Shown in pieces: positions 17,044 to 25,907 of a stretch of DNA of 64,000 nt. Location: positions 171,593-235,592 of the forward strand of contig CAZUVX010000001.1 in NCBI GenBank assembly GCA_964623865.1. Reading direction: 5' to 3'. The stretch is from an uncultured Spirochaetaceae bacterium (lineage in GTDB: Bacteria; Spirochaetota; Spirochaetia; DSM-27196; PWMO01). The notes under the pieces were generated by a model. The model was not told where the DNA came from, searched no databases, and saw nothing but the letters and a program-made list of their open reading frames with translations. The position numbers were made by a program, and so were the translations under genes. Position 1 is the stretch's first letter, and every line of letters starts with the position of its first letter.

Positions 17044-18375
17044 ATGGAATCGACGCTCAGCCGGGGAGGGGTGTCTCAGAGGCGCATTTTTCTCACCTAT
17101 CTTCCCCTTGCCGCCATGTGGATCATGATGGGGATAGAGCAACCCGGCCTCAACGCGGTCATTGCGCGCATGTCGGATGCCCCGATCCAGCTCGCCGCGT
17201 TCGGCGTCACCTTTGCCCTGGCCCTCGTCGTTGAGAGCCCCATTATTCAGATGCTCTCCGCCGGTACCGCCGTGACCTACGATCGGCGCCACTACCGCCG
17301 GCTCCTGAGGGTCATGCACTTCTTCGCCCTCACCCTGACGACCCTGCATATCATACTCGCGATCCCGCCGATCTACGATGCGCTCATGCGCAACGTTGCG
17401 GGGGTGCCGGAGCGCCTCATCGGGCCGAGTCGTGAAGCCTTCACCTTCATGATTCCCTGGGCGGCCGCGGTGGGGTATCGCCGCCTCTGGCAGGGGGTGC
17501 TCATCCGTCACGGCCGCGCAAAGGTCGTCCCGATTACCATGGTGGTCCGACTCGTAGCAACGGGGCTCGGGCTGGTGCTGGGATACTTCTTCGATCTTGC
17601 GCAAGGTGCAACGGTCGCTGCGGCATCGATTATCCTCGGCGTCGTAGCCGGCGCCGTTGCGTCCTACCTCTACGTTCGGCCCGTGGTGAAGGGCCACCTG
17701 CCGGAGGTATCCGAGCAGGAGCTCATGAGCTACGGTAACTTGCTCCGGTTCTATCTTCCCCTTGCTGCAACGTCGGTTATGGTTCTTGCGTCGCGTCCTA
17801 TCATCACCGTGGGTATTGCGCGATCTCCCATGGCAATGGAATCTCTGGCCCTCTGGCCGGTCCTGGACGCCTTCAACTTCCTCCTGCTTTCTCTCGCTCT
17901 GGCTCTGCAGGAGGCCGTCATTGCCCTCTTGCGCACCAAGGAGGATCTCAGGCAGTTGCGGCGCTTCACCCTCCGCCTGGCCGCCGTCCTCGCGGTGGTG
18001 TACTTCGCCGTGGCGCTCCTGCCGCTTCGTGATCTCTGGTTCCTTCATGTCGCGGGGCTCACTCCGGAGCTCGTGGCCATGATTCCGATCCCGCTCCTGA
18101 TAATCGCCGTCTTCCCCAGTCTCGGGAGCTTCACGGCCCTCTTTCGCGGCATCCTGGTGCAGCAACAGCGCACCCCCCGAATCACGAAGGGAATGGCCTA
18201 TCACGTCGCGGCGCTCATCCTGATGCTTCTCGGAGGCGTCGCGCTCCTTTCACTCCCCGGCGTCGTTACCGCCGCGATCGCCTTCACGGGATCTCTCTTT
18301 GTCGAAGTAGTCTATCTTGGGTATTATTCCACCGAACGAAGGTTAGATTTGCCGGAGGGCTCCCATGCGCTCTGA
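17044..18375 (+). CDS. Polytopic membrane protein, MOP (MATE/MurJ/Wzx)-like exporter or flippase
   Basis: About 12 hydrophobic segments. Internal two-fold repeat: TYLPLAAMWIMMGIEQPGLNAVIARM versus FYLPLAATSVMVLASRPIITVGIARS. Start set at the ATG at 17044, preceded by GGAGGAAA. Confidence 0.7.
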   Translation: MESTLSRGGVSQRRIFLTYLPLAAMWIMMGIEQPGLNAVIARMSDAPIQLAAFGVTFALALVVESPIIQMLSAGTAVTYDRRHYRRLLRVMHFFALTLTTLHIILAIPPIYDALMRNVAGVPERLIGPSREAFTFMIPWAAAVGYRRLWQGVLIRHGRAKVVPITMVVRLVATGLGLVLGYFFDLAQGATVAAASIILGVVAGAVASYLYVRPVVKGHLPEVSEQELMSYGNLLRFYLPLAATSVMVLASRPIITVGIARSPMAMESLALWPVLDAFNFLLLSLALALQEAVIALLRTKEDLRQLRRFTLRLAAVLAVVYFAVALLPLRDLWFLHVAGLTPELVAMIPIPLLIIAVFPSLGSFTALFRGILVQQQRTPRITKGMAYHVAALILMLLGGVALLSLPGVVTAAIAFTGSLFVEVVYLGYYSTERRLDLPEGSHAL

Positions 18376-18412
18376 ATAGTCTGAACCAACGCTATTGGGC
18401 ATCGTAGTGAGA

Positions 18413-19285
18413 ATGGATCGAGAACAGAGGGCGTCGGGAATGGTAACGGACTCGAGACTTCATCAACGGATCTTCAGAAGGGGAAGCAAGACCTACTTCA
18501 ATTCCAGTCTCTTCTTCCCTCGAGAGGTGCGACACGACGTATTCACTCTGTACGGCTTCGTGCGAACGGCGGATGACTTCGTCGACGCGGTCCCCCAGGA
18601 TGGCGCGGGTTTCTCCAGGTTCGTGGATCGCTACCGCCGAGCCGTCGCCGGAGAGGAAACGGGGGACCCCGTGATCGACACCTTCGTCGACCTCTCCCGG
18701 CGAAGAGATTTCGACCACGCATGGACGGAGGCCTTCCTCGCATCAATGGAGATGGATCTTACCAAGCGGAAGTACGAGACGATCGACGAGACCCTCCACT
18801 ACATCTACGGTTCCGCCGAGGTGATTGGTCTCTACATGGCGCGAATCCTCAGCCTCGCCCCGGATTCTCACGGTGCCGCCATGATGCTCGGCCGGGCAAT
18901 GCAGTTCATCAACTTCATCCGCGACATCGACGAGGACAACCGCTTCGGCCGGACCTATCTCCCGATTGGGGAGACAAGCCTTCCCGACCTTTCCTGGGAG
19001 ACTACGTCACGCCATCCGGAGGAGTTCCGGAGCTTCATGCGCGCTCAGGTCGATCGGTACCGGACCTGGCAATCCGCGGCGGAGGCGGGCTTTCACTTCA
19101 TCCCGAAACGCTACCTCGTGCCCATCAAAACCGCTTCGGAGATGTACGACTGGACGGGCCGGGTTATCTCGGCGAAGCCGTTCGTTGTGTACCGGCGCAA
19201 GGTCAAGCCCTCGCGGCCGCGCATTCTCCTGGAGGTCCTCAACAACGCCGTACATTCGAAGAAGAGGGTGCTCGCCCGTGATTGA
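18413..19285 (+). CDS. Phytoene/squalene synthase-family (trans-isoprenyl diphosphate synthase, head-to-head) enzyme
   Basis: SKTYFNSSLFFP, LYGFVRTADDFVD (first Asp-rich motif), YGSAEVIGL and NFIRDIDED (second Asp-rich motif). The start is uncertain; candidates are TTG 18395, ATG 18413 and ATG 18440. Confidence 0.85.
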   Translation: MDREQRASGMVTDSRLHQRIFRRGSKTYFNSSLFFPREVRHDVFTLYGFVRTADDFVDAVPQDGAGFSRFVDRYRRAVAGEETGDPVIDTFVDLSRRRDFDHAWTEAFLASMEMDLTKRKYETIDETLHYIYGSAEVIGLYMARILSLAPDSHGAAMMLGRAMQFINFIRDIDEDNRFGRTYLPIGETSLPDLSWETTSRHPEEFRSFMRAQVDRYRTWQSAAEAGFHFIPKRYLVPIKTASEMYDWTGRVISAKPFVVYRRKVKPSRPRILLEVLNNAVHSKKRVLARD

Positions 19286-20462
19286 GCAACTCGAGCGGGG
19301 CCGCGCCCTCATCCTCCCGCGCCTCGAAGCGCTCATGACGCGCTTCGGTGACGACCTTGCGGGTATCAACGCCTGGGGTCCGGACGTGTGCCGTCGCGTC
19401 CTCGCCTACAGTAACCGCGGGAAGATGATCCGGGGCTCCCTCGTGATTGCGGCGGCGGAAGCATTCGGGAGCGGCTCGGAATCCCCGGGCCGCGCCTTGG
19501 CCGGGGATGCGGCCTCGGGTACGGGCACGGCCTCCACCGCGGTTGTCGACGCTGCGTGCGCCATGGAGCTGCTGCAGTCCTTTCTGCTCATCCACGACGA
19601 CATAATGGATAACGACGACACCCGCCGCGGTGCGCCGAGTGTTCACGCCCAGTACCGCGACGGCGCGGAGGGCTGGGGGGTTCGCGACCATACGGACGGC
19701 GCGGCGGGGAATGCGCGTGACGCTTTCGGGCGCTCCATGGCCATCTGTGCGGGTGACGTAACCCTCCTGTTGGCCCAGCGAGTTCTCGCCGCCCTGGACG
19801 TTGCGGATGACGTATATCGCCGCGTCAACTCGCTCGTGGCTCGAGAGATCGCCCTTGTCGGCATTGCCCAGATGAACGACCTCTACTTCGGCTATCTCGC
19901 CGAGAGTGATGCCGAGGTGACCGTTACGAAGGATGACGTCTACAAGCTCTATCGATACAAGACCGGGCGGTACACCTTCTCCCTTCCTCTCGCGATGGGC
20001 GCCGTATTCGCCGGCCTCTCCGGGGGCGGTCTCGATCTCCTTATGGCCTACGGCGAGGAGGTAGGGATAGTCTTCCAGGTTGTCGACGACGACATTGGTC
20101 TCTTCGGCGAGACGGAGGCGACGGGCAAGCCGGTGGGCTCCGACATCATTGCCGACAAGAAGACCCTTCATCGACAGTACCTTCTGGAAGCGCTCGACGG
20201 CTCAGATGCGGGTACTCGCGACCGCGTTGTCGCCCATTTCGGAGACCCGGGGCTCGATCATCGTGGCGTCGAGGAGGTGCGTGATCTTCTGGAATCTCAC
20301 GGCGTCCGAAAGAGAATCGGCGCCATCCTGGACGATCACGCAGACCGGGCGCGGCGGATCGCCGGGGAGATCGTTGCATCCTGCCTTCCCCGGGAAGCGC
20401 GGGGGCGGGCCCGGGCGCTTCTGGACGGAATAGTCGACTACAACGTTGCGCGCCGGGTGTGA
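19278..20462 (+). CDS. Polyprenyl diphosphate synthase (GGPP/FPP synthase family)
   Basis: LIHDDIMDNDDTRRG (first DDxxD) and FQVVDDDIG (second). The GTG start overlaps the upstream stop (GTGATTGA). The 5' part of the track ORF (18966-) is out of context. Confidence 0.88.
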   Translation: MIEQLERGRALILPRLEALMTRFGDDLAGINAWGPDVCRRVLAYSNRGKMIRGSLVIAAAEAFGSGSESPGRALAGDAASGTGTASTAVVDAACAMELLQSFLLIHDDIMDNDDTRRGAPSVHAQYRDGAEGWGVRDHTDGAAGNARDAFGRSMAICAGDVTLLLAQRVLAALDVADDVYRRVNSLVAREIALVGIAQMNDLYFGYLAESDAEVTVTKDDVYKLYRYKTGRYTFSLPLAMGAVFAGLSGGGLDLLMAYGEEVGIVFQVVDDDIGLFGETEATGKPVGSDIIADKKTLHRQYLLEALDGSDAGTRDRVVAHFGDPGLDHRGVEEVRDLLESHGVRKRIGAILDDHADRARRIAGEIVASCLPREARGRARALLDGIVDYNVARRV

Positions 20463-21103
20463 GTATTCCCCGCGTCCGAGACGAGTCTTCGCAGGAAGTA
20501 GCGGTGCAGTGACCGCTCCCGGACGAGCTCGGGGTGGAAGGTTGCCGCGAGGTGCGGCCCGTAGGCGACAACTACGGGGTCCCCGTCGTACTCGGCGAGT
20601 ACACGAACGGCGGGGTCCGCCGCCGAGATGATCGGTGCGCGTATGAAGACCCCTTGAAGGCGTCCCTGCGGCGCCTGGACGTCCGCATCGACCCCATCAA
20701 TCGTGACCTCGAAGCTCTCGATCTGGCGACCATAGGCGTTGCGGGTGACCGTCATGGGAATGAGGCCGAGGCGCGGCTGGTCGCTGTCGACAATGTGCGT
20801 GGCAAGCAGAATGGCGCCGGCGCAGGTGCCGAACACCGGCATGCCGGCGGCTGCGCGGGCGCCCACCGCCTCGAGCAGGCCGAATCGCTCCATCAGCATG
20901 CCGATGGTGGTGCTCTCGCCGCCGGGAACGACGAGGGCGTCCACGGCGTCGAGCTCGGACACCGTCTTCACCGGCGCCGCCTCCACCGCGTACGCCTCGG
21001 CGGGGAGCTCCGCCCGGGCCATCTCGCGGATCAAGGAGAGGTGGAGGGAGAAATCTCCTTGTAGGGCGAGGACGCCTAGACGAATCGTCGATTCACTCAT
21101 CAC
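20438..21103 (-). CDS. pdxT: Pyridoxal 5'-phosphate synthase glutaminase subunit
   Basis: RLGVLALQGDF, PVFGTCAGAILLA (catalytic Cys) and FHPEL. Confidence 0.92.
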   Translation of the reverse strand: MMSESTIRLGVLALQGDFSLHLSLIREMARAELPAEAYAVEAAPVKTVSELDAVDALVVPGGESTTIGMLMERFGLLEAVGARAAAGMPVFGTCAGAILLATHIVDSDQPRLGLIPMTVTRNAYGRQIESFEVTIDGVDADVQAPQGRLQGVFIRAPIISAADPAVRVLAEYDGDPVVVAYGPHLAATFHPELVRERSLHRYFLRRLVSDAGNTHTRRATL

Positions 21104-21150
21104 TGCTTGTTCGCGAGGATGGCGGAGGACCGGGTCGCGCGGGGCTTACT

Positions 21151-21246
21151 CCTCGGGAGGCGGCGCCGCGCAGGGTCGCGCAGGGTCGCGCCCCGGGAGG
21201 GGGCGCCGCGCTGGGCCGCGCCCCGGGAGGGGGTCGCGCCGGAGGG
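21151..21246. repeat. GC-rich tandem repeat of about 30 bp (about 2.7 units plus a 10-bp duplication) in the pdxS-pdxT spacer
   Basis: Units start at 21151, 21191 and 21221 (CC[TC]CGGGAGG[CG]GG...). CAGGGTCGCG is duplicated at 21171-21190. Contains the hairpin GCGCCCC-gggag-GGGGCGC. Confidence 0.7.
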
Positions 21247-22152
21247 CTACCAGCCGCGCGCGGCGAGGCGCTCCCGCTCCTCAATGGTGCCGACACTTGT
21301 GCCGGACATGGCCTCTCCGAGATTTTCGGAGATCTCGGCGAGCTTTGCGGGGTCCATGAAGTTCGCGGCGGCGTCCACAATCGCCCGGGCGCGCCGTGCC
21401 GGGTCCTGCGACTTGAAGATGCCGGAACCGACGAAGACAGCCTCGGCGCCGAGCTGCATCATAAAAGCTGCATCCGCCGGTGTGGCGACGCCTCCGGCGG
21501 AGAAGTTCGGCACCGGGAGCTTGCCCGTCTCGGCAACCTCGACCACAAGATCGTAGGGAGCACCGAGCTCCTTCGCCTCGGTCATGAGCTCCTCCTTCGG
21601 CAGCGACTGGAGGCGCCGGATACCGTCCGTGACCGCTCGAATGTGGCGAACCGCCTCTACAATGTCGCCGGTACCCGCCTCACCCTTGGTTCGAATCAAC
21701 GCAGCACCCTCGCCGATGCGCCGGAGCGCCTCGCCGAGGTTGCGACAGCCGCAGACGAAGGGTACACGGAAGTCGTGCTTGTTCACGTGATACCGCTCAT
21801 CCGCCGGCGTGAGAACCTCACTCTCGTCGATGAAGTCCACGCCGAGGGACTCGAGAATCTGAGCCTCGACGAAGTGGCCGATCCGGCACTTGGCCATTAC
21901 CGGAATCGTAACGGCCTTCTCGATCTCCTTTATCATGTGCGGGTCCGACATGCGCGCCACGCCGCCGGCGACGCGGATGTCTGCCGGGACACGCTCCAGC
22001 GCCATGACCGCCTGTGCACCTGCCTCGGCGGCGATCTTCGCCTGCTCGACGTTCGTCACGTCCATGATGACGCCGCCCTTGAGCATTTCCGCCAAACCCA
22101 CCTTGGTGCGCCACGTTGACTTTTGTCGTTCGGACCAGAGTAACTCACTCAT
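21247..22152 (-). CDS. pdxS: Pyridoxal 5'-phosphate synthase lyase subunit
   Basis: [35 protein letters not shown] and [15 protein letters not shown] are near-invariant PdxS sequences. Confidence 0.96.
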   Translation of the reverse strand: MSELLWSERQKSTWRTKVGLAEMLKGGVIMDVTNVEQAKIAAEAGAQAVMALERVPADIRVAGGVARMSDPHMIKEIEKAVTIPVMAKCRIGHFVEAQILESLGVDFIDESEVLTPADERYHVNKHDFRVPFVCGCRNLGEALRRIGEGAALIRTKGEAGTGDIVEAVRHIRAVTDGIRRLQSLPKEELMTEAKELGAPYDLVVEVAETGKLPVPNFSAGGVATPADAAFMMQLGAEAVFVGSGIFKSQDPARRARAIVDAAANFMDPAKLAEISENLGEAMSGTSVGTIEERERLAARGW

Positions 22153-22321
22153 GACAAGGTTGCCTCTACTTCGAATGGGAGGATGCTGAAAGCGAGGTAA
22201 GAGTACTTCCGCACCACCGGAACGTCAACAGATCGGACCGACGGCGGGATGGAGTTCGCCGCGCAGAGCGAGTCGTTCCGCTACTACACCGAACAGCGCC
22301 TTCCCGGATGAGCGCGGCTCG

Positions 22322-22349
22322 TTACACCTCGCCGGGTCTCTGCTATACT
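22322..22349 (+). promoter_or_regulatory. Putative promoter of the YggS-family gene (nearly leaderless transcript)
   Basis: TTACAC (22322-22327), 16-nt spacer, TATACT (22344-22349). The ATG lies only 9 nt downstream. Confidence 0.35.
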
Positions 22350-22358
22350 GTCGCCGTT

Positions 22359-23063
22359 ATGGCGAGTGCAGTTGCCGCATCACTTGAATCGGTCCGGGAG
22401 AAGATTGCCGAGGTCTGCAGCCAAGTGGGGCGCGATCCCGCGGAAGTCCGCATCATGGCCGTCACCAAGTTTCACGGAGCGGAGGCCGTTCAGGAGTGTC
22501 GGGACGCCGGATTGACCCTGTTCGGAGAGAACCGCGTTCAGGAGGCAATCCGGAAGTACGGTGACCTGGTTCCGGAGGTAGAGTTGCACCTGATAGGCCA
22601 TCTCCAGCGCAACAAGGCGAAGCTGGTGCCGGGCCTGTTCTCAACGGTGCAGTCCATAGACGCCCCCCGTACGGCGGAGGCTCTGGCGACGGCGTGCCGC
22701 CATGCGGGTCGCTCCGTGGAGATTCTCCTGGAGGTCAACACCTCCGGCGAGGAGAGCAAGCACGGTGTTGCCAATCGAGAGGAGCTCTTCGGGCTCATAG
22801 AGGAGGTGGCGCCGTACGACGAGCTCCACGTCGCGGGTCTCATGACCATTGCACCCTACACGAACGACTACGAGCACATTCGCGGGTGCTTTCGCCGGTT
22901 GCGTTCCCTGCGCGACCAGGCGGGCGCCCGTTTCCCCGAGGTGGATTTCCGTGAGCTCTCCATGGGAATGACGAACGACTACACCGTTGCAATCGAGGAG
23001 GGCAGTACCCTGATTCGCCTCGGTACCGCACTCCTGGGAGCGCGAACCCATGCCGCCACGTGA
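22359..23063 (+). CDS. YggS-family PLP-binding homeostasis protein
   Basis: MAVTKFH (PLP-binding Lys), GENRVQE, HLIGHLQRNK and ELSMGMTNDY. Confidence 0.88.
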   Translation: MASAVAASLESVREKIAEVCSQVGRDPAEVRIMAVTKFHGAEAVQECRDAGLTLFGENRVQEAIRKYGDLVPEVELHLIGHLQRNKAKLVPGLFSTVQSIDAPRTAEALATACRHAGRSVEILLEVNTSGEESKHGVANREELFGLIEEVAPYDELHVAGLMTIAPYTNDYEHIRGCFRRLRSLRDQAGARFPEVDFRELSMGMTNDYTVAIEEGSTLIRLGTALLGARTHAAT

Positions 23064-23484
23064 CGCCCGGCCGACCCGCATACTTGCACTGGTAATCGTG
23101 CTCCTCTTCGTCCTCACTGCGGTTGCCCCGGCGCAGCAGCAACGTCGTGATGACCCGGAGCCCTACGAGGCGGAGGAGTTTCCCGCGTGGCTTGTGAAGC
23201 TGCGTCGATTCGAGGTTGTCGCCTTCGGTGCGTTCCCGGCGGCGCTTCTCTACAGCAATCTCGGATACTCTCTGTACCGCTTCATCGAGGCGAGCATCGA
23301 AGGCGGCGCGGTCACCGGCGAGGAGGTTCCCGTGCCCTTCGGAATAGGTGGGGCGGAGGCCCTCACGGAGGAGGAGCGGCGGGGCGTAATCACCGTCTCA
23401 CTCAGTCTGTCCGGCGCGGTAGCTCTCATAGATCTGATTCTCGGATTCATTCATGACAACGACGAACAGCGGCCCCGGAGATAA
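23050..23484 (+). CDS. Hypothetical membrane protein (signal/anchor plus 2 TM segments)
   Basis: N-terminal ILALVIVLLFVLTAVAPAQ and two further hydrophobic segments. Overlaps both neighbouring genes in operon fashion. Confidence 0.55.
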   Translation: MPPRDARPTRILALVIVLLFVLTAVAPAQQQRRDDPEPYEAEEFPAWLVKLRRFEVVAFGAFPAALLYSNLGYSLYRFIEASIEGGAVTGEEVPVPFGIGGAEALTEEERRGVITVSLSLSGAVALIDLILGFIHDNDEQRPRR

Positions 23485-24643
23485 CGTCTCCTCTCGGGCC
23501 GATCTCCTTCCCGATCGCGAGCGCGGGGACGCAACCGACCGCGGCGGCCCGTCGAACACGGTCAATACGACCGTCGAGGAGCCGGCGTACGAGGGCATGC
23601 GCGTCGACCGGTACGTGGCGGACGTCCTCGGGTTGGTCACCCGAAGTCAGCTCAAGGCGCGCCACGCCGTGGTGTACCTCAACGAGAAGCCGGTCAAGCT
23701 TTCGAAGACCGTAACGGTCGGGGATGCGGTCACGGTTGTGGTTCCGGAGCCGGAGCCGATCTCCCTGGATCCGGAACCGATGGATCTCGACATCCTCTAC
23801 GAGGACCGGCGCATGCTCGTGGTTAACAAGCCCGCGGGTCTGGTGGTTCACCCCGGCAACGGTCACCCCACACGCACGCTCGTTCACGGCATCCTCCACC
23901 ACGTCCGGACCATGCGCGACCACTTCGGGGCGGAGACGGCGCGGCCGGGCATTGTGCACCGCCTGGATAAGGACACCTCCGGCGTCATCGTCATTGCCAA
24001 GGATACGGATGCGCACGAGTTCCTATCCCGACAGTTCCGCGATCGCCGTACGGAGAAGCTCTACCTCGCCGTCGTCCACGGTTTCTTCCGGCCTTCCGAC
24101 GGGATTGTGGCCGGACTGGTTGTGAGGGACCCGACCAACCGCAGGCGCTTCGCTCTGGTGCCCTTCAACGACGAGAGCCTTGAGGAGTCCCTCCTGCACG
24201 AGGAGGGTATTCATGAAGCGTGGGACGAGGCAGATGAAGAAGATGTTGACGATGTCGACGGCGACACCGCGTCTGAAGGTCACGCCGCCCGTCCGGTAAG
24301 CGCGACCCGCCCGCCCGCGGGGGATCGCGGCGCCGCTTCCGCCGGCAAGGCGTCATTGACGCGGTACACCACGCTACGCCGGTGGGATCGCTACGCGTGC
24401 CTGGCTCTCAGGCCTCACACCGGCAGAACGCACCAACTGCGGGTGCACATGCGGTATCTCGGCGCGCCCATCCTCGGTGACCCGGTCTACGCTCGCCGGG
24501 ACAGCCGGCTTCCGGACGCGCGTCTCATGCTCCACGCGTACCGTCTGCGAATTCGCCACCCCGAATCCAGAGTGGTCATGTCATTCCGCGCGCCCATTCC
24601 GGCGGATTTTCGCCGCGTTCTCGGGGCGATCGCCGAGATGTGA
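23453..24643 (+). CDS. rluD: RluA/RluD-family 23S rRNA pseudouridine synthase with an acidic insertion
   Basis: S4-like region (VDRYVADVLGLVTRSQLK), LVVNKPAGLVVHP, and HRLDKDTSGVIVIAKD (catalytic Asp). Confidence 0.88.
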   Translation: MTTTNSGPGDNVSSRADLLPDRERGDATDRGGPSNTVNTTVEEPAYEGMRVDRYVADVLGLVTRSQLKARHAVVYLNEKPVKLSKTVTVGDAVTVVVPEPEPISLDPEPMDLDILYEDRRMLVVNKPAGLVVHPGNGHPTRTLVHGILHHVRTMRDHFGAETARPGIVHRLDKDTSGVIVIAKDTDAHEFLSRQFRDRRTEKLYLAVVHGFFRPSDGIVAGLVVRDPTNRRRFALVPFNDESLEESLLHEEGIHEAWDEADEEDVDDVDGDTASEGHAARPVSATRPPAGDRGAASAGKASLTRYTTLRRWDRYACLALRPHTGRTHQLRVHMRYLGAPILGDPVYARRDSRLPDARLMLHAYRLRIRHPESRVVMSFRAPIPADFRRVLGAIAEM

Positions 24644-24665
24644 GGAAACGCCCAAGGGGCGCGCG

Positions 24666-25235
24666 TCACCGGGCGGTCGCAACGTCGATGTTGGTGGCCA
24701 GCTCGGTTTCCACCGTTGTGGGAGGGCCCAGGCTCGGCAGGACAACGGTGTCGCCGGGCAGGCTCAGGAGGCGCTCCCGCACGGTGGTCCGCAGATCAAC
24801 GGTGGCGTATAAGTCGTCCGCCATGACGATTGTCCCCGCCTGTAACACGTTTCCCGGAAAGAGGAGGCGACCCCAGGCGTAGGCAACGGCATCCGGCCGG
24901 TACGTCGGCAACCCGATGACGTGGATCTGCATCTCGTCGAGGCGCAGCACCTCACCGTCGGTGACCGGCTTCATATCCGGTGCCCCGGCCACCGCCCCGG
25001 CGGCACACACCGTGGTGTTGTAGATGCGCCGGAGTGTCTCAATGCCACGCGTGTGCTGCGGCTCCGGCGTCGTTACCAGAACGTAGGACGGATAGAGCTC
25101 GTGCGTCTCCAGAGTTTCCAGGAGGTGCGCGTCGAATGAGCCGGGATTGATCAGGCAGGCGGTTCCGCCACGGTGGTCGGCCACCACGTAGCCGTTCGTA
25201 AAGCCGGTAAGCATGTAGTGGGTGAGCAGAATCAC
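24666..25235 (-). CDS. Metallo-beta-lactamase-fold protein with a degenerate metal-binding motif
   Basis: MBL-like layout (GYVVADHRGGTACLINPG ... VLVTTPEPQHTRG). TTPEPQH occupies the position of the canonical THxHxDH motif. Confidence 0.6.
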   Translation of the reverse strand: MILLTHYMLTGFTNGYVVADHRGGTACLINPGSFDAHLLETLETHELYPSYVLVTTPEPQHTRGIETLRRIYNTTVCAAGAVAGAPDMKPVTDGEVLRLDEMQIHVIGLPTYRPDAVAYAWGRLLFPGNVLQAGTIVMADDLYATVDLRTTVRERLLSLPGDTVVLPSLGPPTTVETELATNIDVATAR

Positions 25236-25831
25236 GTCGATCGGGTCTCCTTCAGGAAACGCGCCTCACTCTCGTTGGATCCCTTGAAGCGGACATTCCT
25301 CCGGCTGCTCTCGTAGAAGACAACCTCCTTCAGATTGCAGTCGCTGTACAGGACGTCGGAGAGCCTTGCCGCAATGAAGCGGCTGTGCAGAAGATCCGAG
25401 TGCTGAAAGGTTGTCCCGTCACAGACGCTTCCGTTGAAGTTGCTCTGCAGGACGTCGCAGTAGTGGAACACAGACCTTCGGATGCTTGCAAGGGCGAATA
25501 TGCAGCTTCGCAACTGCACCTCGTGGAGGTGGACGTTCTGCAACCTGGCCCGGGTGAGAACGCAGAGCTCGAAGTTGGTGTCCTTGAGAAGGCACGAGTC
25601 GAAGTCGGCGGCGGAGAAGTTGCACGCAACGAAGACCTTCTCGTGGACGTTGAGCTTCTTGATGGGTATTCCCGGCGCGTAGAGATTGTAGATGATGCGT
25701 TCTCCGGCAATGCGTGCGGCGAGCCTGTCGAGGTACGCGCCCTGGTCGACCAGATGGCTGAAGCACGTTGAAGCGCCGGTCAAGGCGCCCCTGGGGCAGC
25801 CCGGGTGGCTGCACAGTGACGTCGGAAACAT
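25232..25831 (-). CDS. Pentapeptide-repeat protein
   Basis: Runs of A(D/N)LxX-type pentads: CNFSAADFDSCLLKDTNFELCVLTRARLQNVHLHEVQLRSCIF and LQSNFNGSVCDGTTFQHSDLLHSRF. Its stop overlaps the MBL start (ATGA). Confidence 0.75.
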   Translation of the reverse strand: MFPTSLCSHPGCPRGALTGASTCFSHLVDQGAYLDRLAARIAGERIIYNLYAPGIPIKKLNVHEKVFVACNFSAADFDSCLLKDTNFELCVLTRARLQNVHLHEVQLRSCIFALASIRRSVFHYCDVLQSNFNGSVCDGTTFQHSDLLHSRFIAARLSDVLYSDCNLKEVVFYESSRRNVRFKGSNESEARFLKETRST

Positions 25832-25907
25832 GGGTCACCGTATACCCGCGAGGTCGCGCTTCGCAAGGCGGCTTGAGAGAGCCGGGCGAGCCGGGTATCA
25901 TGCGGGC

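Noticed and set aside
18966-19277. 5'-extended versions of real genes in the ORF track (18966-, 26003-, 46724-, 47167-, 54200-, 55640-, 6551, 7866, 12961, 14411, 16789, 7872 and others).
   Set aside because: The extensions overlap the upstream gene in another frame, are R/P/S/G-rich, and lack an RBS. Internal ATG or GTG codons with Shine-Dalgarno sequences give the canonical family N-termini.
21093-21556. ORFs 21093-21380(-) and 21107-21556(+) spanning the pdxS-pdxT spacer.
   Set aside because: They are translations of GC-rich tandem repeats (P/R/A/G/S runs) and are antisense or out of frame relative to pdxS.
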